Below are positions 17,443-25,703 of a stretch of 64,000 nt of DNA, piece by piece. Location of the stretch: contig JAVLKG010000005.1 in the NCBI GenBank assembly GCA_032128875.1, positions 374,778-438,777 of the forward strand, in the 5' to 3' direction. The DNA is from Candidatus Melainabacteria bacterium 17Bon1m. GTDB taxonomy: Bacteria > Cyanobacteriota > Vampirovibrionia > Obscuribacterales > Obscuribacteraceae. The notes under the pieces were generated by a model that searched no databases, had not been told where the DNA came from, and was given only the letters and a program-made list of their open reading frames with translations. Every line of letters starts with the position of its first letter. Positions within the stretch are counted from its first letter, which is position 1. The position numbers were made by a program, and so were the translations under genes.

Positions 17443-18141
17443 ATGACCATGAACACCCTTCAAGAAAAACTGGCAAAGATTCTCTCTATAAAGGATGAGC
17501 GTGCGTGCGCTGATACTTTCGAATCGTTCTGCCAGGAGCATGCAGATGTTCTGCCGATGCCCGGCGAAAACAGCATGTTCGACAAAGCCATGTGGGCTGC
17601 CTCTAAGCACACAACTTTGTCCAAGAAGGACGAAGCGATTCTCAAGCGTGTCACCGGAAGAATGATTCAAGAGTCTGTTGTTAAGCCGGTCGTGGCTAAG
17701 GCAGAGTCTGCAGTGCTCATGCTCAAGGACCTTGTCGGCAGTACGAAAGAAAGTGCAATTGGTGCATGGCAAGATATGCTCGACGCTATGCAATGGCAGC
17801 AAATGGTCCCGGCTGGCGCGCTGCGGGGGGTGGGAACCCAATTGGTTTCTCTGGGTACTTTCCAAAAACAGATTGATGATGCGACTGTGCAAGTCAATCT
17901 CGGATGGTTGGTAGACAAAGACCAGTTGCGCGTTCTCTTGCAAGCAAAAGATAAAGAAGAAAATGCCCTTGCCGATGTTGAAGTTAGAGTTACAGAGATG
18001 GAACGTGGCGTCGTTTTCTCTCGCAAAACCAACGAAGACGGCTCTGTTGTTGCACCAAGCGTGCAATGCGGACCTGGTCAGTATCAGATCCAAGTGATCT
18101 GGCTCGATAAGGTCGTTGAGACTCCGTTCTTTAGAATTTAG
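17443..18141 (+). CDS. Hypothetical soluble protein co-transcribed with the sigma factor (possible sigma partner); C-terminal Ig/CarboxypepD_reg-like beta domain
   Basis: Starts 4 nt after the sigma factor stop. The C-terminus VEVRVTEMERGVVFSRKTNEDGSVVAPSVQCGPGQYQIQVIW resembles carboxypeptidase-regulatory-like beta-sandwich repeats. No TM helix is evident. Confidence 0.55.
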   Translation: MTMNTLQEKLAKILSIKDERACADTFESFCQEHADVLPMPGENSMFDKAMWAASKHTTLSKKDEAILKRVTGRMIQESVVKPVVAKAESAVLMLKDLVGSTKESAIGAWQDMLDAMQWQQMVPAGALRGVGTQLVSLGTFQKQIDDATVQVNLGWLVDKDQLRVLLQAKDKEENALADVEVRVTEMERGVVFSRKTNEDGSVVAPSVQCGPGQYQIQVIWLDKVVETPFFRI

Positions 18142-18203
18142 AAGTCAAATCTAAATCTAGATTCTCAGTCACATCTACCTCGGCAGCAGATGAGACTAGA
18201 TAC

Positions 18204-18238
18204 AAAGTCCCCGGATAACACCGGGGACTTTGCTTTTT
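18204..18238 (+). terminator. Rho-independent terminator
   Basis: AAAGTCCCCGG-ataaca-CCGGGGACTTT forms a perfect 11-bp stem, followed by GCTTTTT. It lies 63 nt downstream of the stop at 18141. Confidence 0.75.
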
Positions 18239-18352
18239 GTAGCTTCCTTACCATAGTGTAAGCATAAGACACGTATAATCGACCATTTTTGCATTGGTGG
18301 TATCCTTGGCCGCCAAAAAGCGCTTGGTGGCCTAATACGAAGTAACTGGTTA

Positions 18353-19933
18353 GTGTTGCAATTGGATGCAAGGGATACACTCGAAAAAGACTCTTTACCT
18401 GCGGCAAGGGGGCGCAGGGGGCTAACCGGTCTTAATAGATTCGCAACTGCGATCGCATGCACCGTATTCATCGCCATAAGCGTCGCTGTCCTCGTCGACA
18501 GAATTTTGGTTCCATATCTGGAAGATCAAAACATCCTGGTGTCCAGAAGCTGGAAAGAAGATACTTGGAAAATTGGGCAGATGTCTGATCAGCGCTGGCA
18601 GTTCCCAGACGGTTGCAGAGTCCTCCAATCTGCAGGTATACCGACGACCGAGAAAAAGCCAAAGTCGAAAAGAATTCTAGTAGCAGGTGATTCGTTTTGC
18701 GCGGGATATGCACTGGCAAATATCAATGATGCCTGGTGGCGTGCTCTGCATCGGGAACTCATAAGACGAGGTTACAACGATGTCGATGTCATAGCGCTTT
18801 GCGGATTTTATGGTTCGACTGCTTCAACATTGGAAAAGCTGGAGAGATGGGGGAAGCAATACAGTCCCGATCTGATTCTTTTCGGTTACGTTTGCGACGA
18901 TCCAGAAGAATTTGAAGGGAAGCGCTACATCGTCCCCTACTTAAGAAAATTCGAGCCCGATGCGCGAACCAAATTGGTAAGACGAATTCTTCGCTCGCTA
19001 CTTCCGAATAGTGCCGAAGTATATATTGGCTGGCAGGAGAAACAAGAAAACTCAAGATCGTCTGGACCAGAGCGAGGGTTTGAATGCAACAAGCGTGAAT
19101 TAGAACTGCTAAAAGGCAAAAATATCAATCAATATCAAAAGACGTTGCAACACATGAGCGATTTGATGAAACGTTGGAATTTGCCTTGTTATGTGATTAC
19201 GCTTCCTTGTGTGGCTGGTTTTCATCCCGAGTTAGACGTAAGCATCGGCCATCGCGAGTTTGTGCCATACGTGCACAATTACTATAAAGAGCGTTATGAC
19301 ACAATTGCGCCCTACTTCCAAAAGGCCAGGCTTGAATTTGTAAATCTGCTTGAACCTTACATTGCGATGCTTTGGGCTGAGCCTAAGTTGAAGAACGGGA
19401 GTAATTCTGCCCTTTTGAGCGCAACGCCGGCGGATGGTCATCCAGGTGGTTTGGTCACGCACTTTTACGCCTCCCAAGTCGTCGACTTGTTAGAGCGAAA
19501 ATGCCCGTCGGTACTGGGGAGAAAGTCGGAGGTCGTAGAAAAATACCCTATAAATATCAATGATTGGATGCCTCCCAGTACCAACGTTTATAAAGTGTCA
19601 GACTCAAGCTACATCTTCATGGTGCCATCCTTCGCCGTAAATCAACTCTATATGCCAGTCCGGCAACCGCATGTTCAAATCAATTTTGAAATGCCTGCTG
19701 ATCTCACAAAAATTCGACTGAGCGGACCTGGGCTCAAGAAAAGCACGATCTGGCTGAGTTCTGTCGATCCCAAAGACGGCTATGACAGCAGAGTTCTTCA
19801 CCCTCTGGGTACATTGAAAGGTCATGACGTAACCTGGCAGCTTCCGAACGAAGCGTGGGCTCGGAGCGTCAATACAATAAAGGTTTCGGCAGAAGTGAAA
19901 GGTCCGGATCGTCGCGTTGCCATCTCATTTTAG
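18353..19933 (+). CDS. Membrane-anchored SGNH/GDSL-family hydrolase or acyl-esterase with a C-terminal beta-rich domain
   Basis: N-terminal TM helix (ATAIACTVFIAISVAVLV). Block I RILVAGDSFCAGYAL, and a later ADGHPGG. Resembles the SGNH half of the AT3-SGNH protein at 44221..46551. GTG start; the start is uncertain. Confidence 0.75.
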   Translation: MLQLDARDTLEKDSLPAARGRRGLTGLNRFATAIACTVFIAISVAVLVDRILVPYLEDQNILVSRSWKEDTWKIGQMSDQRWQFPDGCRVLQSAGIPTTEKKPKSKRILVAGDSFCAGYALANINDAWWRALHRELIRRGYNDVDVIALCGFYGSTASTLEKLERWGKQYSPDLILFGYVCDDPEEFEGKRYIVPYLRKFEPDARTKLVRRILRSLLPNSAEVYIGWQEKQENSRSSGPERGFECNKRELELLKGKNINQYQKTLQHMSDLMKRWNLPCYVITLPCVAGFHPELDVSIGHREFVPYVHNYYKERYDTIAPYFQKARLEFVNLLEPYIAMLWAEPKLKNGSNSALLSATPADGHPGGLVTHFYASQVVDLLERKCPSVLGRKSEVVEKYPININDWMPPSTNVYKVSDSSYIFMVPSFAVNQLYMPVRQPHVQINFEMPADLTKIRLSGPGLKKSTIWLSSVDPKDGYDSRVLHPLGTLKGHDVTWQLPNEAWARSVNTIKVSAEVKGPDRRVAISF

Positions 19934-20090
19934 GGACTGATTACGAGCCGGCTGGACCATTTGTTGTCACATCGAAACATATTTGCCGCCTGTCAGTGAC
20001 GGGCCGGCTGCTTTCGGGAATGAGTAGAATGAGAATGACTGAGTCTCACGGAGTCTGGATCCTGGTTGTTACGGTAACTCTGGAGGCCGA

Positions 20091-21353
20091 TTGGACAGGA
20101 ATGTCGCTGAACGCCCCATTGGTGACTGGCTGGTCGAATGGGGATTGATTTCCGAGAAGCAACTGCAAGTTGCCCTCAATGACTCGCGTGCGCACATGTT
20201 GCCTGTTGGAATGTGCCTGGTTTTGCGCGAGCAGGTCGATTCCGAGCTGATTCAGTCGGGCGTTATTGCTCAGTCGTATTTGCGAGATGGCGCGATTTCG
20301 GCTCAAGACGCCACTAATGCCATGGCTCTTGCTAAAAGAAAACACGTCTCAATCGGGGTCGCTTTCAACCTGCTGGCCATTCAGCCCGAGCCTATTCCTC
20401 GCAACCGGCTTGGTGATTTGCTTACTGCCTCCGGCGCCATATCCAGCGGTGAGCTGAAGGTTGTGCTCAACCTGGCAAAAGCGACCGGCTTGCCCTTGGG
20501 GCGCATTCTTCTCAATCATGGCAGTATCACCGAAGACTTGATTCAGCTTGCTCTTGGACTGCAGCGGAATATTCGCATCGGCGAAATTGACAGAAATGGC
20601 GCTTTTGAAAAACTCAGCCGGTATGTCGAAGACGGCGCTAGAAATTCTATTTTGGCAGGTATTGGTTTGCATGCCGAAACCTTGACCGGCTGTCTGCTTG
20701 TGAAGTCCGGAGTGATCTCGGAAGGCAACATCAAAGACGCTCTTAGATCCGGCACGAAAGAGGGAGCCAGGCTTGGAGAGGTTCTTGTCGGCAAAGGCAT
20801 GGTCAAGCAGGACATGATCGAATCGACTTTGGAAGTGCAAAAACTGATTCGTGCTCACAAATTCACGGTCCCTCAAGGGCTGAGTGTGTTGCGCAATGTC
20901 CATGCCGCTCAGCGCCGTGAAGAGATAAAGTCTGAATTCGGAAATCATGGACAGCGCAATAAGGCGTTGGTGATGTCCTTTTACAGATATTTGAAATTGA
21001 CCCGCGCCCTTCCCGATGTAATTTTGCGCGGAGGCGTCAATCATGAACCAGCTACACAAGAAGCGGTTCAAAGCGAGATGGAAATGACCTGGCAGGAGCT
21101 TAGAGCCGTTTCGCCGCTGGCAGAGCCTGTTGTTCCTTCTCTTCCTGAAGATGTTCGCTCGCTTTTACAGCGCTGCGGATTTATCACGGATGAGCAGCTG
21201 GTAGTGGCACAGCGTGCCGCTTATACGTATAAGCTAGTTCTTGATCAGGTTCTTTCAATCGAACAATCTTTGATTGAGTTTCACCGACTGAAGATGGAAG
21301 AAGTGCAGCCAAAAGACTGGACGGGCACATTCCCGAATCTATCGGCAATATAG
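20091..21353 (+). CDS. Stand-alone protein built from four bipartite MshEN/T2SSE_N-like repeats (candidate c-di-GMP-binding adaptor)
   Basis: Repeats include RPIGDWLVEWGLISEKQLQVALNDSR..LPVGMCLVL, RLGDLLTASGAISSGELKVVLNLAKATGLPLGRILLNHGSITEDLIQLALGLQ (nt 20406-20564) and ARLGEVLVGKGMVKQDMIESTLEVQ. These match the RLGxxLLxxGLIxxxxLxxALxxQ motif. TTG start with GGAGG 4 nt upstream. Confidence 0.75.
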   Translation: MDRNVAERPIGDWLVEWGLISEKQLQVALNDSRAHMLPVGMCLVLREQVDSELIQSGVIAQSYLRDGAISAQDATNAMALAKRKHVSIGVAFNLLAIQPEPIPRNRLGDLLTASGAISSGELKVVLNLAKATGLPLGRILLNHGSITEDLIQLALGLQRNIRIGEIDRNGAFEKLSRYVEDGARNSILAGIGLHAETLTGCLLVKSGVISEGNIKDALRSGTKEGARLGEVLVGKGMVKQDMIESTLEVQKLIRAHKFTVPQGLSVLRNVHAAQRREEIKSEFGNHGQRNKALVMSFYRYLKLTRALPDVILRGGVNHEPATQEAVQSEMEMTWQELRAVSPLAEPVVPSLPEDVRSLLQRCGFITDEQLVVAQRAAYTYKLVLDQVLSIEQSLIEFHRLKMEEVQPKDWTGTFPNLSAI

Positions 21354-21415
21354 CGTGCATTAAGAAAGGGCGATGCTGTTGCACGCCCCTCTCGATTTCT
21401 GTATTGCCGAGCGCC

Positions 21416-23149
21416 TTAAGCGTGACGTCTGTGTTGCCAGCCGTTCAGGTGCGCGTGGCGCATGCAGCTTGCATCTTTCGAATGCATTCTTAGCAGTTCC
21501 AGTCCGGTGATTTCCACTTCCAATTTGCCGGTTCTATGGCATTCGGATTGGAAAGCCAGGATATTGGAAGCGCTTGTGTGATCGACAAGACCCACAGATG
21601 GAGCGAAGATGAGCTTCAGTTGAGTGCAGTTGGCTGGAATCTTTTCGAGTTCTTTCTGAACATGCAAAGCGTTGAAGCAAACTACTGGTCCATTGAAGCG
21701 AATCTTGTGCACGCCGTCTTGAGTATCGTGCATGGTGACCGGATTACGGAAGAGTTTCACAAACTCCACCCAAAGCGTTTTTGCAGTCACTGGTCCGTGT
21801 CCATGGTGTCTTTCCAGTGTGCTTGATAAAGAGTAGACCCATGCAATAACCAGTTTTGCAGCCATGCCGTAGATCAAGCCCCAGAGCAAGTCGGTGTAGA
21901 GCGTGACGGCAATAGTTGAAGCGAATAAGAACAATTGTTCTTTGCCCACTGCCGCTGCGTAGAACCATTTCTTAGGTTCGCAGAGTTTGTAACCAATGTG
22001 GATGAGAACAGCTGCCAGTGCCGCAAGCGGGATCATATTGATGCATTCGCGTGCAACCAAAAGATAGCAACTCAGGAAGCATGCATTGTAGAAGTTCGCC
22101 CACAATGTTTTTCCTCCGGACAAGATGTTGGTTGTGCTCTTGATTCCTCCCGGAATGATTGTCAGACCGCCTGCCAGACTGGAGCAGATGTTGGACATGC
22201 CCATTGCAAAAAGAGTGCGGTCGGGATTGGACTTTCTGTGAAAGGGGTCAATTCTGTCGACAGCCATGATGGTAGCCAGCGATTCAAAACCATCGATCAA
22301 AGTAAGAGTAAGAACGCAGCCTGCGATCGTCCACCACATGCTGGGATCACTGAAGAGCCCGACGAAATTTGGCATTACGATTCCGTGCTTGAGCGGGTCA
22401 GCAGGAATATTGATCAAGAATTTGGGATCGATATTCATGACCTGACCGAGTACAGCACCAACAACGACAGCAATCAACTGAGGTGGCACCATGCGCAGTT
22501 TTGTCTTGGCCAAAAGTTTTGGAAAGGAAAATAGAATGAGCAGGCAGACGACGCCGATAAATAGAACTGATGCGTTCGATTGCATTAGATTGGAAGGTGC
22601 TTCAGCCATGAGCCCGAAGAACTCGTGTGCATGACCCTTGTGACCGACCAGCGCCGGGATTTGTTTGGCGATGATCATCAAGCCTATTGATGCAAGCATT
22701 GCTTCCACCGCGATTACAGGAAACATCGCGCTGAATCTTGCCGCTTTCATTTGGCTAAGAATGAGCTGAACAATTCCTGCCATCGTTATTACGCCTAAGA
22801 CAAGCGTATAACCGTATTCCATGTTGCCTTTGCCGAGCACCATTATGCAAGCCATAACGGCGGGAGCCAGACCGGCGGCCGGTCCGCTTATCGTGCAGTA
22901 GGCGCCGCCCAGGAGGGGAAACACTAGACCAGCAATAATTGCAGAAATTAGTCCACACACAGGCGGCGCGCCCGAGGCGATAGCAATGCCTAACGAAAGA
23001 GGCACCGACACGAGGGATACGATTAATCCCGCGACAAGATCGTGCCTCCAGTGTTTCAGACCCTTAATACCGTTTTCCGGTTTTTCCGTAGACGATGCGG
23101 CCTTGGGTGTGACCCTGGTGACTGTGAGTTCCATATTTATTGATTCCAA
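21416..23149 (-). CDS. SulP-family inorganic anion transporter with a C-terminal STAS domain
   Basis: 577 aa. N-terminal DLVAGLIVSLVSVPLSLGIAIASGAPP is the typical SulP signature region. About 12 hydrophobic segments. The C-terminal ~120 aa are STAS-like (IRFNGPVVCFNALHVQKELEKI...LVDHTSASNILAF). Confidence 0.92.
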   Translation of the reverse strand: MESINMELTVTRVTPKAASSTEKPENGIKGLKHWRHDLVAGLIVSLVSVPLSLGIAIASGAPPVCGLISAIIAGLVFPLLGGAYCTISGPAAGLAPAVMACIMVLGKGNMEYGYTLVLGVITMAGIVQLILSQMKAARFSAMFPVIAVEAMLASIGLMIIAKQIPALVGHKGHAHEFFGLMAEAPSNLMQSNASVLFIGVVCLLILFSFPKLLAKTKLRMVPPQLIAVVVGAVLGQVMNIDPKFLINIPADPLKHGIVMPNFVGLFSDPSMWWTIAGCVLTLTLIDGFESLATIMAVDRIDPFHRKSNPDRTLFAMGMSNICSSLAGGLTIIPGGIKSTTNILSGGKTLWANFYNACFLSCYLLVARECINMIPLAALAAVLIHIGYKLCEPKKWFYAAAVGKEQLFLFASTIAVTLYTDLLWGLIYGMAAKLVIAWVYSLSSTLERHHGHGPVTAKTLWVEFVKLFRNPVTMHDTQDGVHKIRFNGPVVCFNALHVQKELEKIPANCTQLKLIFAPSVGLVDHTSASNILAFQSECHRTGKLEVEITGLELLRMHSKDASCMRHAHLNGWQHRRHA

Positions 23150-23247
23150 CGCAAATTGAGGGAAGCCATCTTGGTAGGATGGCTCTGCACTTCGGTATTC
23201 AGTTCAGGAGGAGCAAGCCACGTACCTGGCTTGTTTCATGGATAATC

Positions 23248-23266
23248 TAACAACAGTATGTTGTTA
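23248..23266. promoter_or_regulatory. Perfect 8-3-8 palindrome TAACAACA-GTA-TGTTGTTA upstream of the SulP gene
   Basis: Read directly from the sequence. It lies ~100 nt upstream of the SulP start codon (23149) in the 192-nt gap after the sensor kinase gene. Confidence 0.25.
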
Positions 23267-23341
23267 ACTTGTGATCGCCATGTGACGGTTTTGTGATCAA
23301 AACAAAATTCTGTCGTGGAATTCCCACTGAGGTCTTCCTGT

Positions 23342-24580
23342 TTAAGCCAGCGGGATGGTGACTTTGAACGTGCTGCCGCGCCCGACTTCGCTGGTTACGC
23401 TGATATTTCCCTTGTGCGATTCCACGACTGCTTTCACGATAGAAAGTCCGAGACCCGCTCCGCCGGCGGCTCTTGCGCGAGCTTTGTCGACGCGGTAGAA
23501 ACGATCGAAGACGTGATCTATGCTTTCGGGGGGAATTCCAATGCCTGTATCGCTTACTTTTATCGCGAGATTTCGACCTTCGGCTTCTGACCAAATAATA
23601 ATGGTTCCGCCCGCATCAGTGTAACGAAGCGCGTTACTTGCAAGGTTTGTCACCATTCTTCTAAGGAATTCCAGATTGCCCATTACCTCTAAATCCGTGA
23701 CGGCGCCCAGCTTAAACTGAATATCGCGCGTTTTTGCCAGGGTTGAGAAATCTTCGCAGACATCTTCGAGCAGCTTTCTCACGCTGACCGGTGCCATCAC
23801 ATAGTGCGAAATGGGATTTTCTACACGGGCAAGAAAGATCAAATCGGAAGCCAATTCGCTCATTCTGGCGCTGGCTTTGGCGATGATATCGGTAAGGTCC
23901 TCTTTGACATTGTTCTCCCGTAAAATCTCCGTTAGAGCCTCCAGGCTGGCTTCTATGATGGCTATGGGGGTATTCAGTTCGTGCCCGGCATCGGCAACAA
24001 AGCGTCGCGTCAATTGCATAGCTTGTTCGGCGGGCTTCAATGCTAATCCTGAAAATAGATACCCGGCAATGGCGACGAGTGCGCCGAGAAACGGCATAGC
24101 CACAATAGCTGCGTAAATCGCCAGCTCGCTAGCTTGGTCGTTCTGTTTGGTAGAAACCTGCACTTGCAAATAGCCGCACAATTTTCCAGCGGAATTGATC
24201 CTTTCATTTAGCGACCTGACGGTTATTCTGCCCGATTGATCACGCTCTTCCAGTCTGCCTTTAGCCAGCTTTTCGATTCCATCGCTGCCATATTTTTCGA
24301 GCAAATTCTTGTCTTTGTCAAAGACTTGAATACTCGCTGTCACCATGGAGTGGGCTTCGTCAGCGCGTTCTGCCCAGTCTTTCAAAGTAGGGCGACCGTT
24401 CTCAACTTTTATTGACGGACGAATTTCTGAAACAAGATCGGCAAGAAGTGCTTCATTCGATCGAACCAGACTTGCTGAAAACAGAACATAAAACGCGGTC
24501 GCACCGACCGTGTGCAGAACCAGAACCAGACACATAAAGTAAAGCGCGAGCTTTACCCGCATCTGATTAAGCATCTTCAA
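23342..24580 (-). CDS. Two-component sensor histidine kinase (two TM helices, HAMP, HisKA, HATPase_c), heavy-metal-sensor-like
   Basis: H-box FVADAGHELNTPIAIIEASLE, N-box LASNALRYT, G1 DTGIGI, G2 GAGLGLSIVK. It overlaps the upstream response regulator gene by 14 nt. Confidence 0.9.
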   Translation of the reverse strand: MKMLNQMRVKLALYFMCLVLVLHTVGATAFYVLFSASLVRSNEALLADLVSEIRPSIKVENGRPTLKDWAERADEAHSMVTASIQVFDKDKNLLEKYGSDGIEKLAKGRLEERDQSGRITVRSLNERINSAGKLCGYLQVQVSTKQNDQASELAIYAAIVAMPFLGALVAIAGYLFSGLALKPAEQAMQLTRRFVADAGHELNTPIAIIEASLEALTEILRENNVKEDLTDIIAKASARMSELASDLIFLARVENPISHYVMAPVSVRKLLEDVCEDFSTLAKTRDIQFKLGAVTDLEVMGNLEFLRRMVTNLASNALRYTDAGGTIIIWSEAEGRNLAIKVSDTGIGIPPESIDHVFDRFYRVDKARARAAGGAGLGLSIVKAVVESHKGNISVTSEVGRGSTFKVTIPLA

Positions 24581-25247
24581 TTCCTAATTTGTAACCGACG
24601 CCGTGCACGGTAACAATGATGGACGGACCTTCGTCATTGTCGAGCTTCTTGCGCAGTCTTGTGACGTGCCCGCGGACAGTGTCGTGATGGGCATTCGAAT
24701 CCATTTCCCACACGCTGTCCAGAATTTCGTCTGCACTGAAAACTCGTTGAGGATGGCGCAGCAGAAATTCAAGGAGGCGAAACTCTTTCGGCAGCAAATG
24801 CACTTCTTTGCCGTCTTTTAGCACCCTGTGATTCTCGATGTCCAACTCGATATTGCGAAGCGACAGCTTCGTGTGATGCTCGGATGAAGAACGCCTGAGC
24901 AGCGCCTTGACACGCATTGCCAGCTCTTTGAGCTGGAACGGTTTTGTCAAATAATCATCAGCGCCTGATTCGAATCCTTCCGCCTTGTCATCTAATGATT
25001 GCTTGGCTGTAAGCATGATTATGGCTGCATTGCCGCCGCTTTGTCTGTAGCGTCTGCATACTTCTATGCCCTGCATTTCCGGGAGCATCCAGTCTAAAAC
25101 AACTACGTCAAAACTTGTGCCGGTCATTTGCAAGAGCGCAGATTTGCCGTCGTAGACTTGTTCTACAAGATGATGGTCGCGCTTGAGCCAATCGGCTATA
25201 AGCCTGGAAAGATCCTTTTCGTCTTCAACAACCAGTATGCGAGCCAT
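24567..25247 (-). CDS. OmpR/PhoB-family response regulator
   Basis: The receiver domain begins MARILVVEDE, with the phospho-acceptor context FDVVVLDWMLPEMQG and LTAK. A winged-helix output domain follows (LLPKEFRLLEFLLRHPQRVFSADEILDSVW...TVHGVGYKL). Confidence 0.93.
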   Translation of the reverse strand: MARILVVEDEKDLSRLIADWLKRDHHLVEQVYDGKSALLQMTGTSFDVVVLDWMLPEMQGIEVCRRYRQSGGNAAIIMLTAKQSLDDKAEGFESGADDYLTKPFQLKELAMRVKALLRRSSSEHHTKLSLRNIELDIENHRVLKDGKEVHLLPKEFRLLEFLLRHPQRVFSADEILDSVWEMDSNAHHDTVRGHVTRLRKKLDNDEGPSIIVTVHGVGYKLGIEDA

Positions 25248-25275
25248 TCAGCAGCTTATTTCTATAGAACCGATA

Positions 25276-25605
25276 CTATTCTGGCGAGATCTTGAGCGCG
25301 TCTGCGCCACGTTTTCCTGAGGCTATGTCGACTACTTGATCGATATTGGTTACGAAAAGCAGTCCATCGCCGTCCTGGTGCGTGCCGACAGCGTGGAGAA
25401 TGATATTGATCAATTCCTCTACGTGCTCTTCTCTGATGACGATTTCGACTTTCGAGCGTGGCACCAAATACTGTGGATTGGACATGTCGGGCTTTGCGGA
25501 GCCTTGTGACTCGGTTACGGTATAACCACTGATAGGCGCCTTGAAAAGCGCGCGTGCCAATCTGTCGATCATAAACGGCTGGATAATCGCCGTCACGAGC
25601 TTCAT
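25276..25605 (-). CDS. P-II (GlnB)-like signal-transduction protein of the type found in metal-efflux operons
   Basis: MKLVTAIIQPFMIDRLARAL...GYTVTESQG...KVEIVIREEHVEELINIILHAVGTHQDGDGLLFV aligns by hand with GlnB (MKKIEAIIKPFKLDDV...). AAGGAG lies 6 nt upstream of this ATG. An alternative upstream ATG at 25707 overlaps the adaptor gene stop in ATGA. Confidence 0.8.
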   Translation of the reverse strand: MKLVTAIIQPFMIDRLARALFKAPISGYTVTESQGSAKPDMSNPQYLVPRSKVEIVIREEHVEELINIILHAVGTHQDGDGLLFVTNIDQVVDIASGKRGADALKISPE

Positions 25606-25703
25606 CGCGGGCTCCTTTTCTTTGTCGCCGTATTTCGTATTTTGAGATGCCGGCTGCAGCCCTGTGTAAGAGCGCGATGCCACTGATGCGTTAAAACCTG
25701 AGC

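Noticed and set aside
17338-18093. A 251-aa minus-strand ORF opposite the sigma-partner gene.
   Set aside because: It has antisense-type His/Cys/Leu/Arg/Phe-rich composition. The + strand ORF starts 4 nt after the sigma gene and is followed by a strong + strand terminator at 18204-18238.
20349-21071. A 240-aa minus-strand ORF opposite the MshEN-repeat gene.
   Set aside because: The + strand product has four recognisable repeats and an RBS, whereas the minus-strand ORF has no motifs.
21354-21415. A bidirectional terminator between the convergent MshEN and SulP genes (GGGCG-atgctgttgca-CGCCC).
   Set aside because: The stem is only 5 bp with an 11-nt loop and has no flanking T or A tracts, which is too weak to call.
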